This document shows positions 23,577-37,356 of a stretch of DNA of 64,000 nucleotides, one piece after another. Position numbers and translations under genes: made by a program. The notes beneath the pieces were generated by a model, which did not search any database, had not been told where the DNA came from, and was given only the letters and a program-made list of their open reading frames with translations. How positions within the stretch are numbered: the stretch's first letter is position 1; every line of letters begins with the position of its first letter. The DNA comes from Podarcis melisellensis (lineage: Eukaryota): the NCBI GenBank assembly GCA_964234715.1, contig OZ174282.1; one strand, written 5' to 3'.

Positions 23577-23674
23577 TGCGCCCTCTTTCTTCCGACGGCC
23601 CTCCCCTTCTTTGCCACAGCTATTTCTCCCTCATGTGGCTGGGGAAACCCAGCCATATGGGCGGGGTATAAGTA

Positions 23675-23707
<33 letters not shown>

Positions 23708-23750
23708 TAATAATTAATAATAGTTGTTGTTGTTGTTGTTGTTGTTGTTG
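23675..23750. repeat. Compound (TAA)n-(TTG)n microsatellite
   Basis: Directly visible at the downstream edge of the CpG island. Confidence 0.95.
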
Positions 23751-23857
23751 AGTCGTCCGTCCCTGCACTTGCCTTGTTAGCTGCCCCCCCTGAGCCACCA
23801 TAGGAGCATAGGAAGCTGCCTTGGACAGAGTCAGGCCTATTTGTCCCCATCTAACAC

Positions 23858-24214
23858 AGCGGGTGGCGCTGTGGGTAAAAGCCTCAGCGCCTAGGGCTTG
23901 CCGATTGAAAGGTCGGCGGTTCGAATCCCTGCGGCGGGGTGCGCTCCCGTCTTTCGGTCCCAGCGCCTGCCAACCTAGCAGTTCGAAAGCACCCTCGGGT
24001 GCAAGTAGATAAATAGGGACCGCTTTCTAGCGGGAAGGTAAACGGCGTTTCCGTGTGCAGCTCTGGCTCGCCAGAGCAGCGACGTCACGCTGGCCACGTG
24101 ACCCGGAAGTGTCTTCGGACAGCGCTGGCCCCTGGCCTCTTGAGTGAGATGGGCGCACAACCCCAGAGTCTGGCAAGACTGGCCCGTACGGGCAGGGGTA
24201 CCTTTACCTTTACC
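23858..24214 (+). mobile_element. Sauria SINE (GTACGGGCAGGGG-tail variant) nested in an antisense tRNA-SINE
   Basis: Head GCGGGTGGCGCTGTGGG, ACCTTT-repeat tail; host SINE sequence present on both sides. Confidence 0.88.
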
Positions 24215-25043
24215 TAACTCTGTATTGCCTACACTGACTGGCAGCAGTTCTCTGGGGTTTCAGCAGGGGGTATTTCATAGCCCATCCTGCAGATGCCCAG
24301 GATTGAAACTGGGACCTTCTGTGTGCAAAGCTGGTTCAAAGAGGAAGCTGCCTTGTACTGAACCAAACCATGGGCCATCTAGGTCAGTGTTGCCTACACT
24401 GACTGGCAGTGGCTCTCCAGGGCTTCAAACACAGGGAGTTTCCCAACCCTACTGGGAGACTCCAGGGATTGAACATGAATCTTTTGCGTGCAAATCATGT
24501 GCTCTACTGTGCTCTTTCACCAGCTCGAATCACTCCCTGGCCAATCACTGGGCTGACTTTGCAGCATGACGGTAGTAATTTTACAATCAAAGACACCGCC
24601 CTAATACATGCAGATAATTCTGCTGCATTTTGTTACATGTAGAACAATGATATATTACAGTCATTGTCTACACGGACTGGCAGCAGCTCTTCAGGATTTT
24701 AGGCACGAGGGTCAGGACATTCCCATGACACAAGGAAAGTGACAATGATGGAAGAGAAGGTGGTAGGTAGTGTTGCACTTCTTGGTCTAATAGATCAATT
24801 TTTAAAAAATGAATCTTAGCTGCACCTATAGTCAACAAAACTGCTTTCTTTATTTATTAAATGTCTTCTGTCTGTCTTGCCAAAGGATCCTAGTGTGGCA
24901 AACAACGAAGTGGCTAAAACAATAGTTTTTTAAAACAATGGCAATATAACAACAAAGTCGTGAGATGGAGCTATATTGCTCCAATCAAAGCACACTCTTC
25001 CTGTTGTGTCACAGCAAGTAACTCATCCTCTTAATGCTTCCAG

Positions 25044-25278
25044 GATCGGCACGGCAGCACTGGCAGTCCAGGTGGTTGGCAGCAACTGGCCAAAGCCACA
25101 TTACACTTTGCTGATAACAGGCCTCTGCAGGTTCCAGATTTTGCAACTGGTAAAGGAGAAGCCCTACCCCGTTGCTGACGTGGAACAGCTGGATCGGCTG
25201 GAACAGTTCACCAACAAGTCTACATCCGAGGAGGAACTGGGAGAGCTCTCAGAGCAGTTCTATAAATATGCATTGCAG
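25044..25278 (+). CDS. LONP2: LONP2 exon 2 (235 bp)
   Basis: ttccag/gttagg; IGTAALAVQVVGSNWPKPHYTLLITGLCRF...FYKYALQ. Confidence 0.96.
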
Positions 25279-26969
25279 GTTAGGTGGCTGGAAGTAGAAA
25301 ATGCTGATCTATGTTGGCTGTTGAGCAAACTGCCCTGGGTGTTGAATTTTGATAGCTGAAAGATTGTCTCACCCCCTTATATACCCAATCAATTACTTTA
25401 CTCTGCAGGAGAGAGCCTCTTGCAGATACCATGTTATCAAAAGGTCTGTCTTTTCACAATCTGCGCCTGCCCTTTGGAATTCCCTCCTGTTAAATATTAG
25501 ACCGATGCTGTCTCTGATGTTTTTTGGCTCCTGCTGAAGACCTTACTCTTCCAATTCGCCTTTTAGGTAGAGACGCTTCCCAGTCTTCATCTGTACCAGA
25601 ATTGCTTTTAGATGTTTCAGTTGTTTTGTAATTTGTATGTTTGTCGCCCTGGGTTCCTTAGGGAGGAAGGGCAAGATAAAAACTTTGTACATATTATGTT
25701 CTCATTTCATGTTTTTATGTTGTGAACCACCCTGTGATACTTGGCTGAAGGATAGTATAGAAATTTAATAAACAGCAGCAACAATTTTATTATTTGTATC
25801 CCACCCGTCAGATTATAGAGGAAGGACTTGTAGTTCACTGGTGGACCACATGCATTGGGGGCCTGGTATCTCTAGTTAACAGCATTTCAGTCTCAGGTAG
25901 CAAGGACAGAACTAAGCAGGAAATCCATGAAAGCTGCTGCCAGCCAGAATGAATAGTATTTGTCTAGTATGTGTCTACTCTCCAACTATAGTTGGATTTC
26001 TTCCTATACACATAAAAATGTAAGGTGTCGTCATGTTTATGAGGCTGCCGGTAGGTGACCACACCAACTGTGGCAAGGGGGGAGAGACTTTGGTTGGGGG
26101 GTGGGTGAGTGAGGTATAGAAGGAGGGTGCTTGGTCAGCTGTTGGGGATGGGCAAAGGGTGTAGGCTGAATTGGTGAGTAGAATAAGCAGGGGCAGTAAC
26201 TTCTTGTTAATTATGCTTTTGATGATATTCAAAACCACCAGTTCAGAAATCTCTAGTGGGCCCAACAAGCACCATTTTTGCTTTTGCAAAGTTCTCTACA
26301 AAAAAAAAGCCCTTAACAGGAAGAGGGACTCATGTGGTGGCTGTTTAAGAAGTGATAGGAAAATTCAGTCCAACTGATTCCTTGTGTGGTATGTGGCGAC
26401 TTACCTCATCCCCCATGCTGTTAAGGTTCTCGTTAGTCCTTTGCTGGAAATCCTTTTGGACTCCTAAGGGCTTGCTTACCTGATAATCAGAAACAGAGGC
26501 TTGTGTCTCTTTGTTTTGCTGATCCTTTTGGACTCAGCAAAGGAGCACATAAGCTAAGGGCTTCCATACATGGTTTTAAGATGTGGTTCATGCTGGCAGG
26601 GCTATAGGGCTTGCTGCAAGCTACTGCTTGCCCTGAGTAATAGATGTGCATGTTATGCAAAGCGAATGAACTCCTGAGGATAATTGCATCAGAAAGACAG
26701 TCAAACTGTACAGCAAAAAAGCCCCTCAAGCTCTTCTTGAGTCAGCAGTGCTGACAGACTTCTTGATGCCAATCATCCTTCTTCGTTCAGGTAGATCCAT
26801 GAAGGAGATTTGCCTGAAGACAAATGGTTTTGTAAACTGCTGCAATTGAGAAAGTTTCAGACAGATTCCTTTCTGAGCTGTGTAATGGTACAGGTTTGTG
26901 CAGCTTATCCAAAATGATATCTGTTCTGAAAATTCACTATACGTTTTTTTCTTTCTTTCTATGACGAAG

Positions 26970-27101
26970 CTGGTTGAGATGCTGGATATGTCAATCCCTG
27001 CAGTGGCTAAACTGAGACGCCTGTTAGACAACCTGCCTAGGGAAGCTTTACCAGATATATTAACCTCCATCATCCGCACCAGCAACCAGGAGAAGCTTCA
27101 G
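26970..27101 (+). CDS. LONP2: LONP2 exon 3 (132 bp)
   Basis: aag/gtaggg; LVEMLDMSIPAVAKLRRLLDNLPREALPDILTSIIRTSNQEKLQ. Confidence 0.95.
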
Positions 27102-28194
27102 GTAGGGTGTGCTGCCTTTGCACAGACTGAACAAAGAAAAAGAGTGTCTCCTGTTCTAGTCAACTCTGCTCAGTTTCCAAGTGTTCCATCTATCAAAAGG
27201 ATGAAGCAAGAGTATGCTGGCACAGAAATAAATGCCTTGAGTCCTTTGCCATAAATAAAAAAAATGTATAAACCATCACAATGTGTAGCTTTGGTGATAA
27301 AGTGGTATACGCCTACATCCTGAAAACCACACTGTTCTCATACATTTTGACATGGAACATCCGTTCTAAACTTATGTCTTTGGCAAACACTCCCTCTCCC
27401 TAGTATTGTGGGCCCAATTCTATGGAAATCCCAGCTGAGGCCAGACAGGCTCTCTCCCTACTGAACTTCCAGTGCCTATTGAATGTTTTTTCTTATTCCA
27501 GCAGGCATTTTAAATTGTAGTGTGATCTTACAGTTTTAACTGATTTATATTTTTGTGTTGTAAACCATTTAGAGATGATTGGAGTTAAGCAATGCATTGT
27601 TTATAAAGAAATAAAAGTGGATTTGTTCTGTACATTAAGTATAGCACATTCCTTTTGGGGTCATGGGTTATAGGCTTTTCTGCTTCTTTAGGGGAAGTCT
27701 GGCTACCCTACTGCTAGGAATGGCGAATATGTAAAGTGCACGCGGAAGGCCCCAGGTTCAATCTCCAGGTAAAGCAGGGGAACCTGTGGGCCTCCAGGTG
27801 TCTCTGGACTAGTAATGCCCATCAGCCCCAGCCAGTATAGCCAATAGGAAGGGATTATGGGAGCAGTCCAGCAACCTCTGGAGAGCCACAGGTCCCCCAG
27901 CCCTGCACTAGGCAGACACGCAGTGGCTAAACTCAGAGATACATATGAGATTAAAAAACAGAATCAGCAGTCAGGACAGGTTTTCATTCAGCATCTCCAT
28001 ATTACAGCATAGCTTCCTTGCTCCTTTATCCCCTTGCAAGCATTCCGATACGTTCCTTGAAGCTAACCACCTGTTGATTTTTCCATACAGCGGCACTGAC
28101 ACATTTCAGATAGAGCAAATGTATTTTGTGGGAGAGAGTCTGGGAACTGTAGTAGGTGAGGAAAAACACCTAATATGTTGTGCCTTTCTGTTAG

Positions 28195-28317
28195 ATTTTA
28201 GATGCTGTTGGGCTGGAGGAACGGTTCAAGATGACCATACCGTTGCTTGTTAGGCAGATTGAAGGCTTGAAACTACTTCAGAAAACTAGAAAATCCAAAC
28301 AGGATGATGACAAAAGG
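28195..28317 (+). CDS. LONP2: LONP2 exon 4 (123 bp)
   Basis: ttag/gtaatc; ILDAVGLEERFKMTIPLLVRQIEGLKLLQKTRKSKQDDDKR. Confidence 0.95.
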
Positions 28318-28801
28318 GTAATCTCTCAATTATTATAATTAAAGAATGTGTTTTAAGGCTTTTGTATGGAGGCTGACATAATGTTAGAGTAGGTGATAAA
28401 GACAAAAGTATTATTAAATGTATTTTATGAAATATTTATTTATTTTCCATCGGCATTTATCAGCTGGTCCTAGGGTGGCTTATGTACACCTGAATATAAA
28501 GCCATGTGATTTTTATCAGATCACTAAGCCAGCAGTTAAAACATCCTTAAACAGCAACAATTTTAGCAGTTAAATTTTAGCAGGTCATTATTATGGTTTT
28601 TACTGATTTTCCCAATGATGATTTTTGTTTTATTTTATTATTGTGTGGACCGTTTTAATATTTATTTTTGTGAATGAAAAGTGGTATAGAAATCTTTTAA
28701 TAAAGTTAATGAATGAATTGGGTAAGTGGTTGCTTAGTGCAGTAGCCACAAGCTCACACAGAGAAAGTTCCTGCTGTTGTTGAGCCTTTCAAACTTTGTA
28801 G

Positions 28802-28965
28802 GTTGTAGCGATACGTCCCATTCGAAGGATCACCCACTTTCCAGGCACTGCTGAAGACGAGGAGGAGGATGAAGACCACAACGATATTGTTATCCTTGAA
28901 AAGAAAATTCGAACCTCCAGTATGCCTGAGCAAGCTCTAAAAGTGTGTGTAAAAGAGGTTAAGAG
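28802..28965 (+). CDS. LONP2: LONP2 exon 5 (164 bp)
   Basis: gtag/gtaggt; VVAIRPIRRITHFPGTAEDEEEDEDHNDIVILEKKIRTSSMPEQALKVCVKEVK(R). Confidence 0.95.
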
Positions 28966-29474
28966 GTAGGTAGTTTATTTAGATTCTGAAGCTCTCAGTT
29001 TGTAACGTTTTAAAATCTGATTTTAAAATCTGTTTTACAATATTCAAAGCTATTACTTGACTTCTCATGTTTTCTGTATTCTTGAATACCACACTTTTAA
29101 TACGTCGTAATCCAGCCTTCCGAAGCCAGTGCCCTCCAGCTGTTTCAGACACCAGTTTCCATCCACCCCAGCCAGTGTGGCCCAGGTTCATGGTTTACAG
29201 ATGTTGTAGTCCAAATCATCTGGAGGGAACCACACATATGGCTGATAAATTATACTTGAGAGAAGAGGCAAAATCATGGGAACACAAAGTGAATCAGGGG
29301 ATGAATGCAGTAACTGTGGCTTTAAAAACAGTTAAACATGTGCAGCACAGTTGCAAGTGAAGCTTAGCATGTTCAGATTACTTGCTAGGATTTTAAAATA
29401 CAGAACTGATGAGCACACATCTTTAGGAACAAATATGCTTAAATTACACATTTCAGTTTTATCTCTTCTTCTAG

Positions 29475-29569
29475 ATTAAAGAAAATGCCTCAGTCAATGC
29501 CAGAATATGCCTTAACTAGAAATTACTTGGAACTGATGGTGGAACTGCCATGGAGCAAAAGTACAAAAG
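29475..29569 (+). CDS. LONP2: LONP2 exon 6 (95 bp)
   Basis: ttctag/gtaaag; LKKMPQSMPEYALTRNYLELMVELPWSKSTK. Confidence 0.95.
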
Positions 29570-29739
29570 GTAAAGGGAGTCTTCTATGCTTCTGTAGACT
29601 ATGGCTACTACAAATTGTTTGAAAAATGCAAAGGGAAGGAATATTGGTGGTGTTACCAGGGTTATACGTTATTGTGGCTATTTGACCAGCAGAGACGCTT
29701 AAGCTTGGCGTTTAAACACAATTAACATTTGGTCAACAG

Positions 29740-29998
29740 ATCGCCTGGATATCCGTGCAGCCAGGATTCTTCTGGACAATGACCATTACGCTATGGAGAA
29801 GTTGAAGAAGAGGGTGTTGGAGTATTTGGCAGTCAGACAGCTTAAGAACAACTTGAAGGGCCCGATCCTTTGCTTTGTGGGACCTCCTGGGGTTGGAAAA
29901 ACTAGTGTGGGAAGATCCGTGGCAAAGACTTTGGGCCGAGAATTCCACCGAATCGCCCTCGGCGGAGTGTGTGACCAGTCTGATATCCGAGGACACAG
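29740..29998 (+). CDS. LONP2: LONP2 exon 7 (259 bp), Walker A
   Basis: cag/gtatct; ...[18 protein letters not shown]...[15 protein letters not shown](R). Confidence 0.97.
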
Positions 29999-30414
29999 GT
30001 ATCTTTAGTGCTCCATTTGTGAAGTGGTGATTTACAAACTGTAGATGAGTTTTTAGCTTGTTCCCAGCTCTGCCACCCCCCCTTTTTTATTACCTTGACA
30101 TCATTGTTGTCTTCCCAATGGAGAAAGACACACTGCAACTCATGCATTACAAACAGCCCCTTCTCCAATCTGGTACCCTCAAGGTGTTTTGGACTATAAC
30201 TTTCATGAGCCCCAGCCAGCACCACTCTGCTAGCTGGGGCTGATGGGAGTTGTAGTCCAAAGCATCTGGCTCAGGTTATGGAAGTCTGCTTTGCTACATA
30301 CATCTCTCCCCCCCCCCAGGGAGCAGTCTCTGCAGCAGGGGAAAAATTAACGGTCAGCACCCTTAAATTCTGCTACAAATGGTCTTAATTTATAGTGCAG
30401 TCCTATGCAAGTTT

Positions 30415-30652
30415 CGAAAGCAGTTCGAAAGCACTCTTAAGTGCAAGTAGATAAATAGGTACCGCTTTATAGCGGGAAGGTAAACGGTGTTTCTGTGTGC
30501 TGCGCTGGCTCGCCAGATGCAGCTTGTCACGCTGGCCACGTGACCTGGAAGTGTCTCCGGACAGCGCTGGCCCCCGGCCTCTTAAGCGAGATGGGTGCGC
30601 AACCCCAGAGTCGGTCACGACTTGCCCGTACGGGCAGGGGTACCTTTACCTT
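30415..30652 (+). mobile_element. 5'-truncated Sauria SINE
   Basis: Core plus ACCTTT tail; TSD TATGCAAGTTT. Confidence 0.88.
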
Positions 30653-31387
30653 TATGCAAGTTTACTCACAGAAGCAAGCCACGCTGTTTTCAGTCGGAGT
30701 TTTCCTCTAGCGGGTGTATTTAAGACTGCAGCCTTAGGTAAGTTTTGTTGAACTCAACTGGATTTACTTCTGAGTAGATACACATAGGATTGTGCTGTTA
30801 ATTTCCTTTTGTAGAAATGGGAAAAAATTTTAATTGGGAGGCTGAAAATGAATCTTAAATGTCTCAGGAGGGTTGGGTGTTTCTTTACATGTAAATATAG
30901 ATGCAGATAATGTTATTTATTTATTGTGGGGTACACAAAGGCAGTATTCAAAAACAGCATCTGTTCATCCTATTTAATCTTTGGAAGTTGCGCCTCATTT
31001 GATATATTGTATCCCACCCTCACTGGGAGACTTTGGTATGCACTTGTCCGGAGTCAGTGTTCACAAGTGACTGGCGATTGTGACGGAACTGAATTCAGGA
31101 GTGTATGGAAAGGTGGGTGAAATACTTGGAAGTGAGTCCTGCCACCGAAACAAACAAATGATAGCCAACTAGTCAGATGGGTTTTGACAGATTGATTCAA
31201 TTTAAATATGCATGTGACTAAAAAAACAGTTCTGCAAAGGAAATGGGCATAACTTTGTGTTTAAAACTCCTTTGTGCATGCATATGTTGCAGGAGGCTCT
31301 TCTCCGAAGAGGCATCCCCTTTTGTGGGTGACATTGAAGGGGGGTGCCTCTTCTAAGATGGTTCCCTTCCACCTGCAGTTTATAGAA

Positions 31388-31714
31388 CATGGGTAGGCAA
31401 ACTAAGGCCCGGGGGCTGGATCCGGCCCAATCACCTTCTAAATCCACCCCATGGACGGCCCAGGAATCAGCATGTTTTTACATGAGTAGAATATGTCCTT
31501 TTATTTAAAATGTATCTCTGGGTTATTTATGGGGCCTGCCTGGTGTTTTTACATGAGTAGAATGTGTGCTTTTATTTAAAATGCATCTCTGGGTTATTTG
31601 TGGAGCATAGGAATTCGTTCATTTCCCCCCCCCAAAAAAAAATATAGTCTGGCCCCCCGCAAGGTTTGAGGGACAGTGGACCTGCCCCCTGCTGAAAAAG
31701 TTTGCTGATCCCTG
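31388..31714. mobile_element. hAT (Charlie-like) non-autonomous element
   Basis: CATGGGTAGGCAAACT...AGTTTGCTGATCCCTG; 8-bp TSD TTATAGAA; internal ~65-bp duplication. Confidence 0.82.
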
Positions 31715-34700
31715 TTATAGAACTCCCTTTCTTTAAAAAAAAAGTGTTGATGGCAATGATGATGATTTATATATTGCCTTTCATTTCAAAAATAAATACC
31801 ATTGTGGTTCCAGGATTATGGAGACCCCTGAAGAAGGCTAGGCAGGAACCAGCTTTAGGACCAAGTTGTAGTGGCTAGTAGTAGAGGAATATACCCTCAG
31901 GGTGTTTGGTAATGGGCCATTAAGAAACCATCAAGCAAAAAAGAGTAGAGGAAACACATATTTGCTGCAGGAGATTTGAAGGTGGTGATTGACTGTCTGC
32001 AACAAGTTGTGACAACTGCCATTCTGTACTTTGTTGGAATGGGACACTTCAAATGAACAAATAAAATTTAGGGCTTTGCCAAAGTTGCCTAGCAAATTGA
32101 GATTTATGTTCAAGAAAATGATTTGGGAAAGCATACATCAAAATGTGTTCTTCCTGTTTATTTATATATCTGGGGCCTGTTAGAATACAAATTCCTGAAT
32201 TTACTGTGGGTAGTTTCTTGGGAAATGGTGTGTTTATGCAACATGAAAAGGCAAATTTTACCAAGCAATGGAAGGTCCTTAGTCCTTCCCCACATAGACT
32301 TTCAAAATGGCACTGTAGGCAGTCCTGCATACATTTTTGTGCAGTTTTCATGACCTGGCCCACCTGCTTTTTCCCTGCATCTAAATCAAGACACCAAGAC
32401 AGAACATCCTCCAGGTGATTGCAAATCACTCCGCTTCAAGTTAGCTTTGTTAGGCTCTTTTCACAGCTTCCACCACCTGTTATAATTGGATGAATACAAT
32501 AAGCCCAGACAACACAATTAGTCATTGCAGCCTCCTGTGTGTGTTTGAGGAGGCCTCCTGCACAATCTGGGCATTGTGGAAAATACTTTGACGTTTCTAG
32601 ACGTCCAAATACAGCATATTCCTTAGCATGCTAAACATGGGAGTGGCCAAGCGTCCCCCCCCCCTTAAGGGACTGACTTGCTGTTGTTACATATATCAAG
32701 CACTAAATCTAGGTGATATGCTGTTCTCATCCCATGTTGGCCATTGATGTGGGGCTGGAGCAGGCAAACCTTACAATTTACTGTATCTCTCTCTGCTGTT
32801 GACAGTGCTCTACCAAAGTGGTAACAGCATGCTGCTGTTCACGTGGAAACCACTAGAGGTTGTCCAATGTTTAGGAAGTGTGAAGGGAACATATTTTTAT
32901 GAAGAGAGTGGCAGCTTGGACTTCCAGCTGAAGCCTGCTAGTTTCAGAACACATGCTAGCAAAGTTTTAAAAGAGCACAGTGCAATAAATAGCTCTCCAC
33001 CTTTGTGTCTCCACAAAGGACTTGTGGCTCTTTCTGGGAGTTCTCTTTCCCCACATCCACATGTATCCTTTTGGGTTTCGTTAAGCCCCCCTAAAAAAAT
33101 GTTCAGCTTTAAGAGCAGCAAACAATTTTGAGTCTGCTGTTGGGGGATGGCAGGAGAAGACTTTGTCGCTTCACTGTGCACCATTGATCTCCACAGCAGT
33201 CTCTGGCTTGTGACCCAGTGCTCTGACAGCACCAGAATTCCTCTTTAGAACCGAGTTTGATAAGCAGCAAGACCAGCTGATACCCTTCGACCTGTTTTTG
33301 TTATGTGTGTCACTCCTGCGCAAAGCTAGCCTCTAGGAAAACCCAGCTGATTCTGCCAAAAGTGAAAGAAGAGTTGCCAGAGGCATGCCAGTGTGTTGTA
33401 TTTGGGGAAGGACTTGTAGCTCAGTGTTAGAGGAGATGCTTTGCATGCAGATGATCCAGGTTCAGTCCGCAGCATCTGTTTGGAACCCTGGAGAGAAGTT
33501 TACATGTTTAGGAGCTGAGCTAGGTGTATCCGTGTACTGAGCTAAGTGCACCAGTGATCTGACACCAGCATAAGCCAGATTCCTGGAAATGTTGGGATAG
33601 TTCTCAAGCAAAGCTGGGTTGAAATCTGTACTCAGCTGTGAAGTTCACTATGTGGCCTTGGGGAAATTACTCTCAGCTTCAATTATTTCTCAGGATTATT
33701 ATGGGGATAAAATGGAGGGGCTGGGAAGAAATCATTCACATTGCCCTAAATTTCTTGGAGAAAAGGTGGGATATAAACAAAATAAATAAAGTAAAAACAA
33801 AGTGTTTATTCCCTCATCCGCTAATGAAGACATGATATCTGCTTGCTTTCTCCTTGCTCTCCCTCTTTTGTGTAAAAGATAGGTTGGATCTTCACTGAGT
33901 TAGCATTTTTGATGAGGTCTATTCCTAAATCTGCACTGTGAACGACAGTATCAACAAGGAAATGAGAGCTCTTTATAGCATTGTGTTGCACAGAAGTTGT
34001 GTGTGTGTGTGTGTTTAAGTACCATCTCATGTGATATTCAGATATGGGAAGAAGGGAACACCCAGAACTTGCCATGTAAGGGCAGCTCACGTGCTTAGAG
34101 TTTGCCGTGCATGTGAATCTGCCTTCCATTTGGGCTCCGAGGATTCACTACTGTTTTCCATTCTGCAAACAAAGTTAGTCTCGTAATAGAGAACCCAAAC
34201 TGACACTTTCCAGCTGTCCTTTGCTTTCGCTGGACAGCTGTTCCGTGCTTGTGTGTGAAAAGTTTGCCCCATCATGTTAGAGACCAAGCTTATTTGGGAA
34301 AATAGAACTGGCGACAGCTTCAGAATTTCTGCTTCATTCTTAGCATATATCTTCCTTCTTTAAAAAGAAATACTCTGGGGGCAGATTCAGAGGCTTTGGA
34401 AGAAAGCCACACAGTCAGGCATCTCCTTATTTGGCTGGGTAAAAGTGAAATCAGCATAGGTTAATTAAGATACGGATCAAGTCCACTGTGCCAATATATT
34501 AAGACTCCTTATTTAAATTTCTGATTCAACAAATCAGCTTTGTATAAAGGTAGAAGATCCATTTTTATCCCACCCTGCCTCTAAGGAGACCTCTTACAAA
34601 ATTGTTATTTCCCCTTCCTAAATGGTTATCATTGTAACAATCCTGCGAAGTAATTTACACCGAGAGACAGAGAGCCTATGTGTCTGGCCCAAGGTAACCC

Positions 34701-36914
34701 ATGGTTTAGCAAGGACTTTAACCCAGATCTCCCTGGTCAAGGTCCAACCCTGTGTCCACTGCATCCTGCTGACTTTCCAGGAACACAGTTCTATTGATGT
34801 TAAGCACTTTGAAGTCCCATTGATTTTTGATTTTTTGTGGAGCTGACTTAAGGGAGCAAATTCCTTTGAACTTGTGTGTGCTAAAGTTGTTCTGTGAATG
34901 ACTGCCAATGGGCCCACTGTTCATCTGTCTTCCGCCCACCCCCTGTACATCCCCTTTAGGCCTACCCAACCTTCTCACTTTTCATGATGCAGATATTTCC
35001 AAGGCATTTGTTATTTTTAAAAGCTGCAATAGGCAGCAGCAATGGGTGAATAGTGATCAGGATCCTTCCCACTGGGTGGTTGATGGTAGACTTGTCCTGT
35101 GATGGGGAGGGGAGCTGTCCAGCTGGAGCAGACTCTCAGGCTGGCTTCGTTTGTCCCCCCCCCCAACCCTTTTTACTTGTAGTTCACCGTGATGTCCAAA
35201 TCAAGCAAGCTACAGAGAGTTTCTCTACAAACCAGAAACTGAAAACAGTAATTTGAAGTGGGTTTTCAGATTTGGTTTGGTGGTAAATAATAGCTGTATC
35301 CATACTTTTCCCAGTTTGGATGCCCTGGCAAATGGTGTTTACCGCTAACCAGGAAACGGAGCAGGGAATTGGTATGGAGACAAATGGAGAGAATGAACCC
35401 CCAGCACATTCCTACAAACCAAACCCTGGTTTAGTCATAACATCTGATTCACCTATGTAGTGCTTTAATATGGCTAGAGTAGTACCAGTCCTCAAGATTA
35501 GGATAATTACAGGCATAGAGAGAGAGAGAGCTGATGCCATCCATTTATGGAGATCTCTTGCAAATAAGAGTGTCATTACAGGCTACTGAGTCTAATTCTG
35601 ATTACTATTGTTTTCCAGATCAAAGAATTCCCACCTCCATGCAGAAGCAGAAACTAAATGATTTTGCTTTGAGCTTAGAAACTTGCTCACAGTTTGTTCC
35701 TTTAAATTGTCTAAATGTATTAAATACTTTTATTTATTTTGGAGAGACAGTAGAAATATTAGAGTTTGGATGCAGTGTGGGTGAACAGTTTATTTTTTCA
35801 TTGGGAATAGTACCAACATAAAGATTCCAAGCAAAGGTTTTTGGTGTGTGTGTGGTTGTAAACAGCCAGGCCAGTGCAGAAAGAAACCTATTTCCTTATT
35901 GCTTGACATTTTCCAGGACTCACCATGGCAAGGGAGGTGGTGGGAGGAGGGAGGAGGCAGAGCACTGAGAATCCAGGGCCCGAGGGAAGGGTGACTGAAG
36001 AAGTCATGGGGATCATGCCCCTGCCCCCTTGGTTTCAACGCTGGAGGCTGAAGCTTCTCTCCAGCTACTTGATATTCAGGCAAAATGTTTTGCTGATTAA
36101 GGGCCTTTCCCTAACCATGCTCCACGAATGCCATTTAAAAACTTTTGATTCATAGATGCCTTGAGCAGTATCTGGGCAGTAGGAGGAGGAGAAACATCAA
36201 AGGCACCGCGGTATCATGTAAAACTCCTTGAGGGTTGTGTGACACTGGCTAATTTAGCAGCGATGAATTTGAAATAGAAGGACTAGGTGCAGAGCTTGCC
36301 GTGTGCCTGCTCACCTGGGGCTAGTAGCAGGGGCGTCCCTCCTTTCAACTCTGCCCCTCCCTTGTTTTGGATTTCTACACCCCCTGTTGGCTCCTCCCTG
36401 CAGGCACAGCTTCCACTTTTTCTGTTGGCGCACATCCAAACCAGGAAATATGGTTCATGGCTTCTAAAAGATCCCAAATGGGAAACCATAGTTTGAAGTT
36501 GGCTTCCAGGTTTCATTGGAAGCCATTCAACACCCTTCTCAAGCCAGACATAACAGGGCAGCTCACTGTGACTTCCTGCCATTTGTTTCCCTATTTGTTC
36601 AAAAGGTGTAGGGAGCCATATGCATGTGTGCGTCTGAAGCTTCTTTGTATTTTGGCTTTGGTTGATTTTAAACATCAGAACATAGCCAATATCTAAATCA
36701 GCCTTCTGCAACCTAGAGCCCTCCAGACGGACTGCAGCTCCCATCAACTCCAACCAGTATGGCTAATGGTTGGGGACAAAGGAGGGCAACAGGTTGCAGA
36801 AGGCTGATGATTAGCTGATTGGGATTTTTGGGGTGACTTTGGAAAGAGAACATAAAACAATTTGCTTCCAATTTGCTGTTCCGTATTTCAACCTCATTCC
36901 TTGCTCCCCACAAG

Positions 36915-37056
36915 GCGCACCTACGTTGGCAGCATGCCTGGGAGGATCATCAATGGCTTGAAGACTGTTGGGGTTAACAATCCGGTGTTCCTGCTCGATG
37001 AGGTTGACAAGCTTGGAAAGAGCCTGCAGGGGGATCCTGCGGCTGCTTTGCTTGAG
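36915..37056 (+). CDS. LONP2: LONP2 exon 8 (142 bp), Walker B
   Basis: aag/gtaaga; [47 protein letters not shown]. Confidence 0.97.
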
Positions 37057-37356
37057 GTAAGAAATGAAACGAGCTCCTTCTCTGTTGCATGTAGCTCACC
37101 TTTTTCTTCAGATCAGCTGTCTAATTCTGAGCTTGACAAATGGAGATATCATTTTTCCTGATCACAGTGTAGGGCTTTTGGAGATGGAAATAACACTGGA
37201 CAAAAAAATAAGAAAGCCAATTCCATTTGTGTATGTCGAGCCATCAGTTGCTTAATAACTGTGGTATTTGATGATTAAGAGCATAAGAAGAGCCCTCCTG
37301 GATCAGACCAAAGTCTGTATAGCTCAGCATCTTGTTTTCCCCTCAGTTACCAACTA

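Larger units (their letters stand above)
22970..23600. promoter_or_regulatory. CpG island / LONP2 promoter and exon 1
   Basis: Sharp rise in GC and CpG around the LONP2 ATG; strong Kozak TTCGCCATGG. Confidence 0.85.

Noticed and set aside
23361-23679. Extension of the 188-aa ORF and overlapping ORFs at the LONP2 start
   Set aside because: Read-through into GC-rich intron 1 past the donor at 23360
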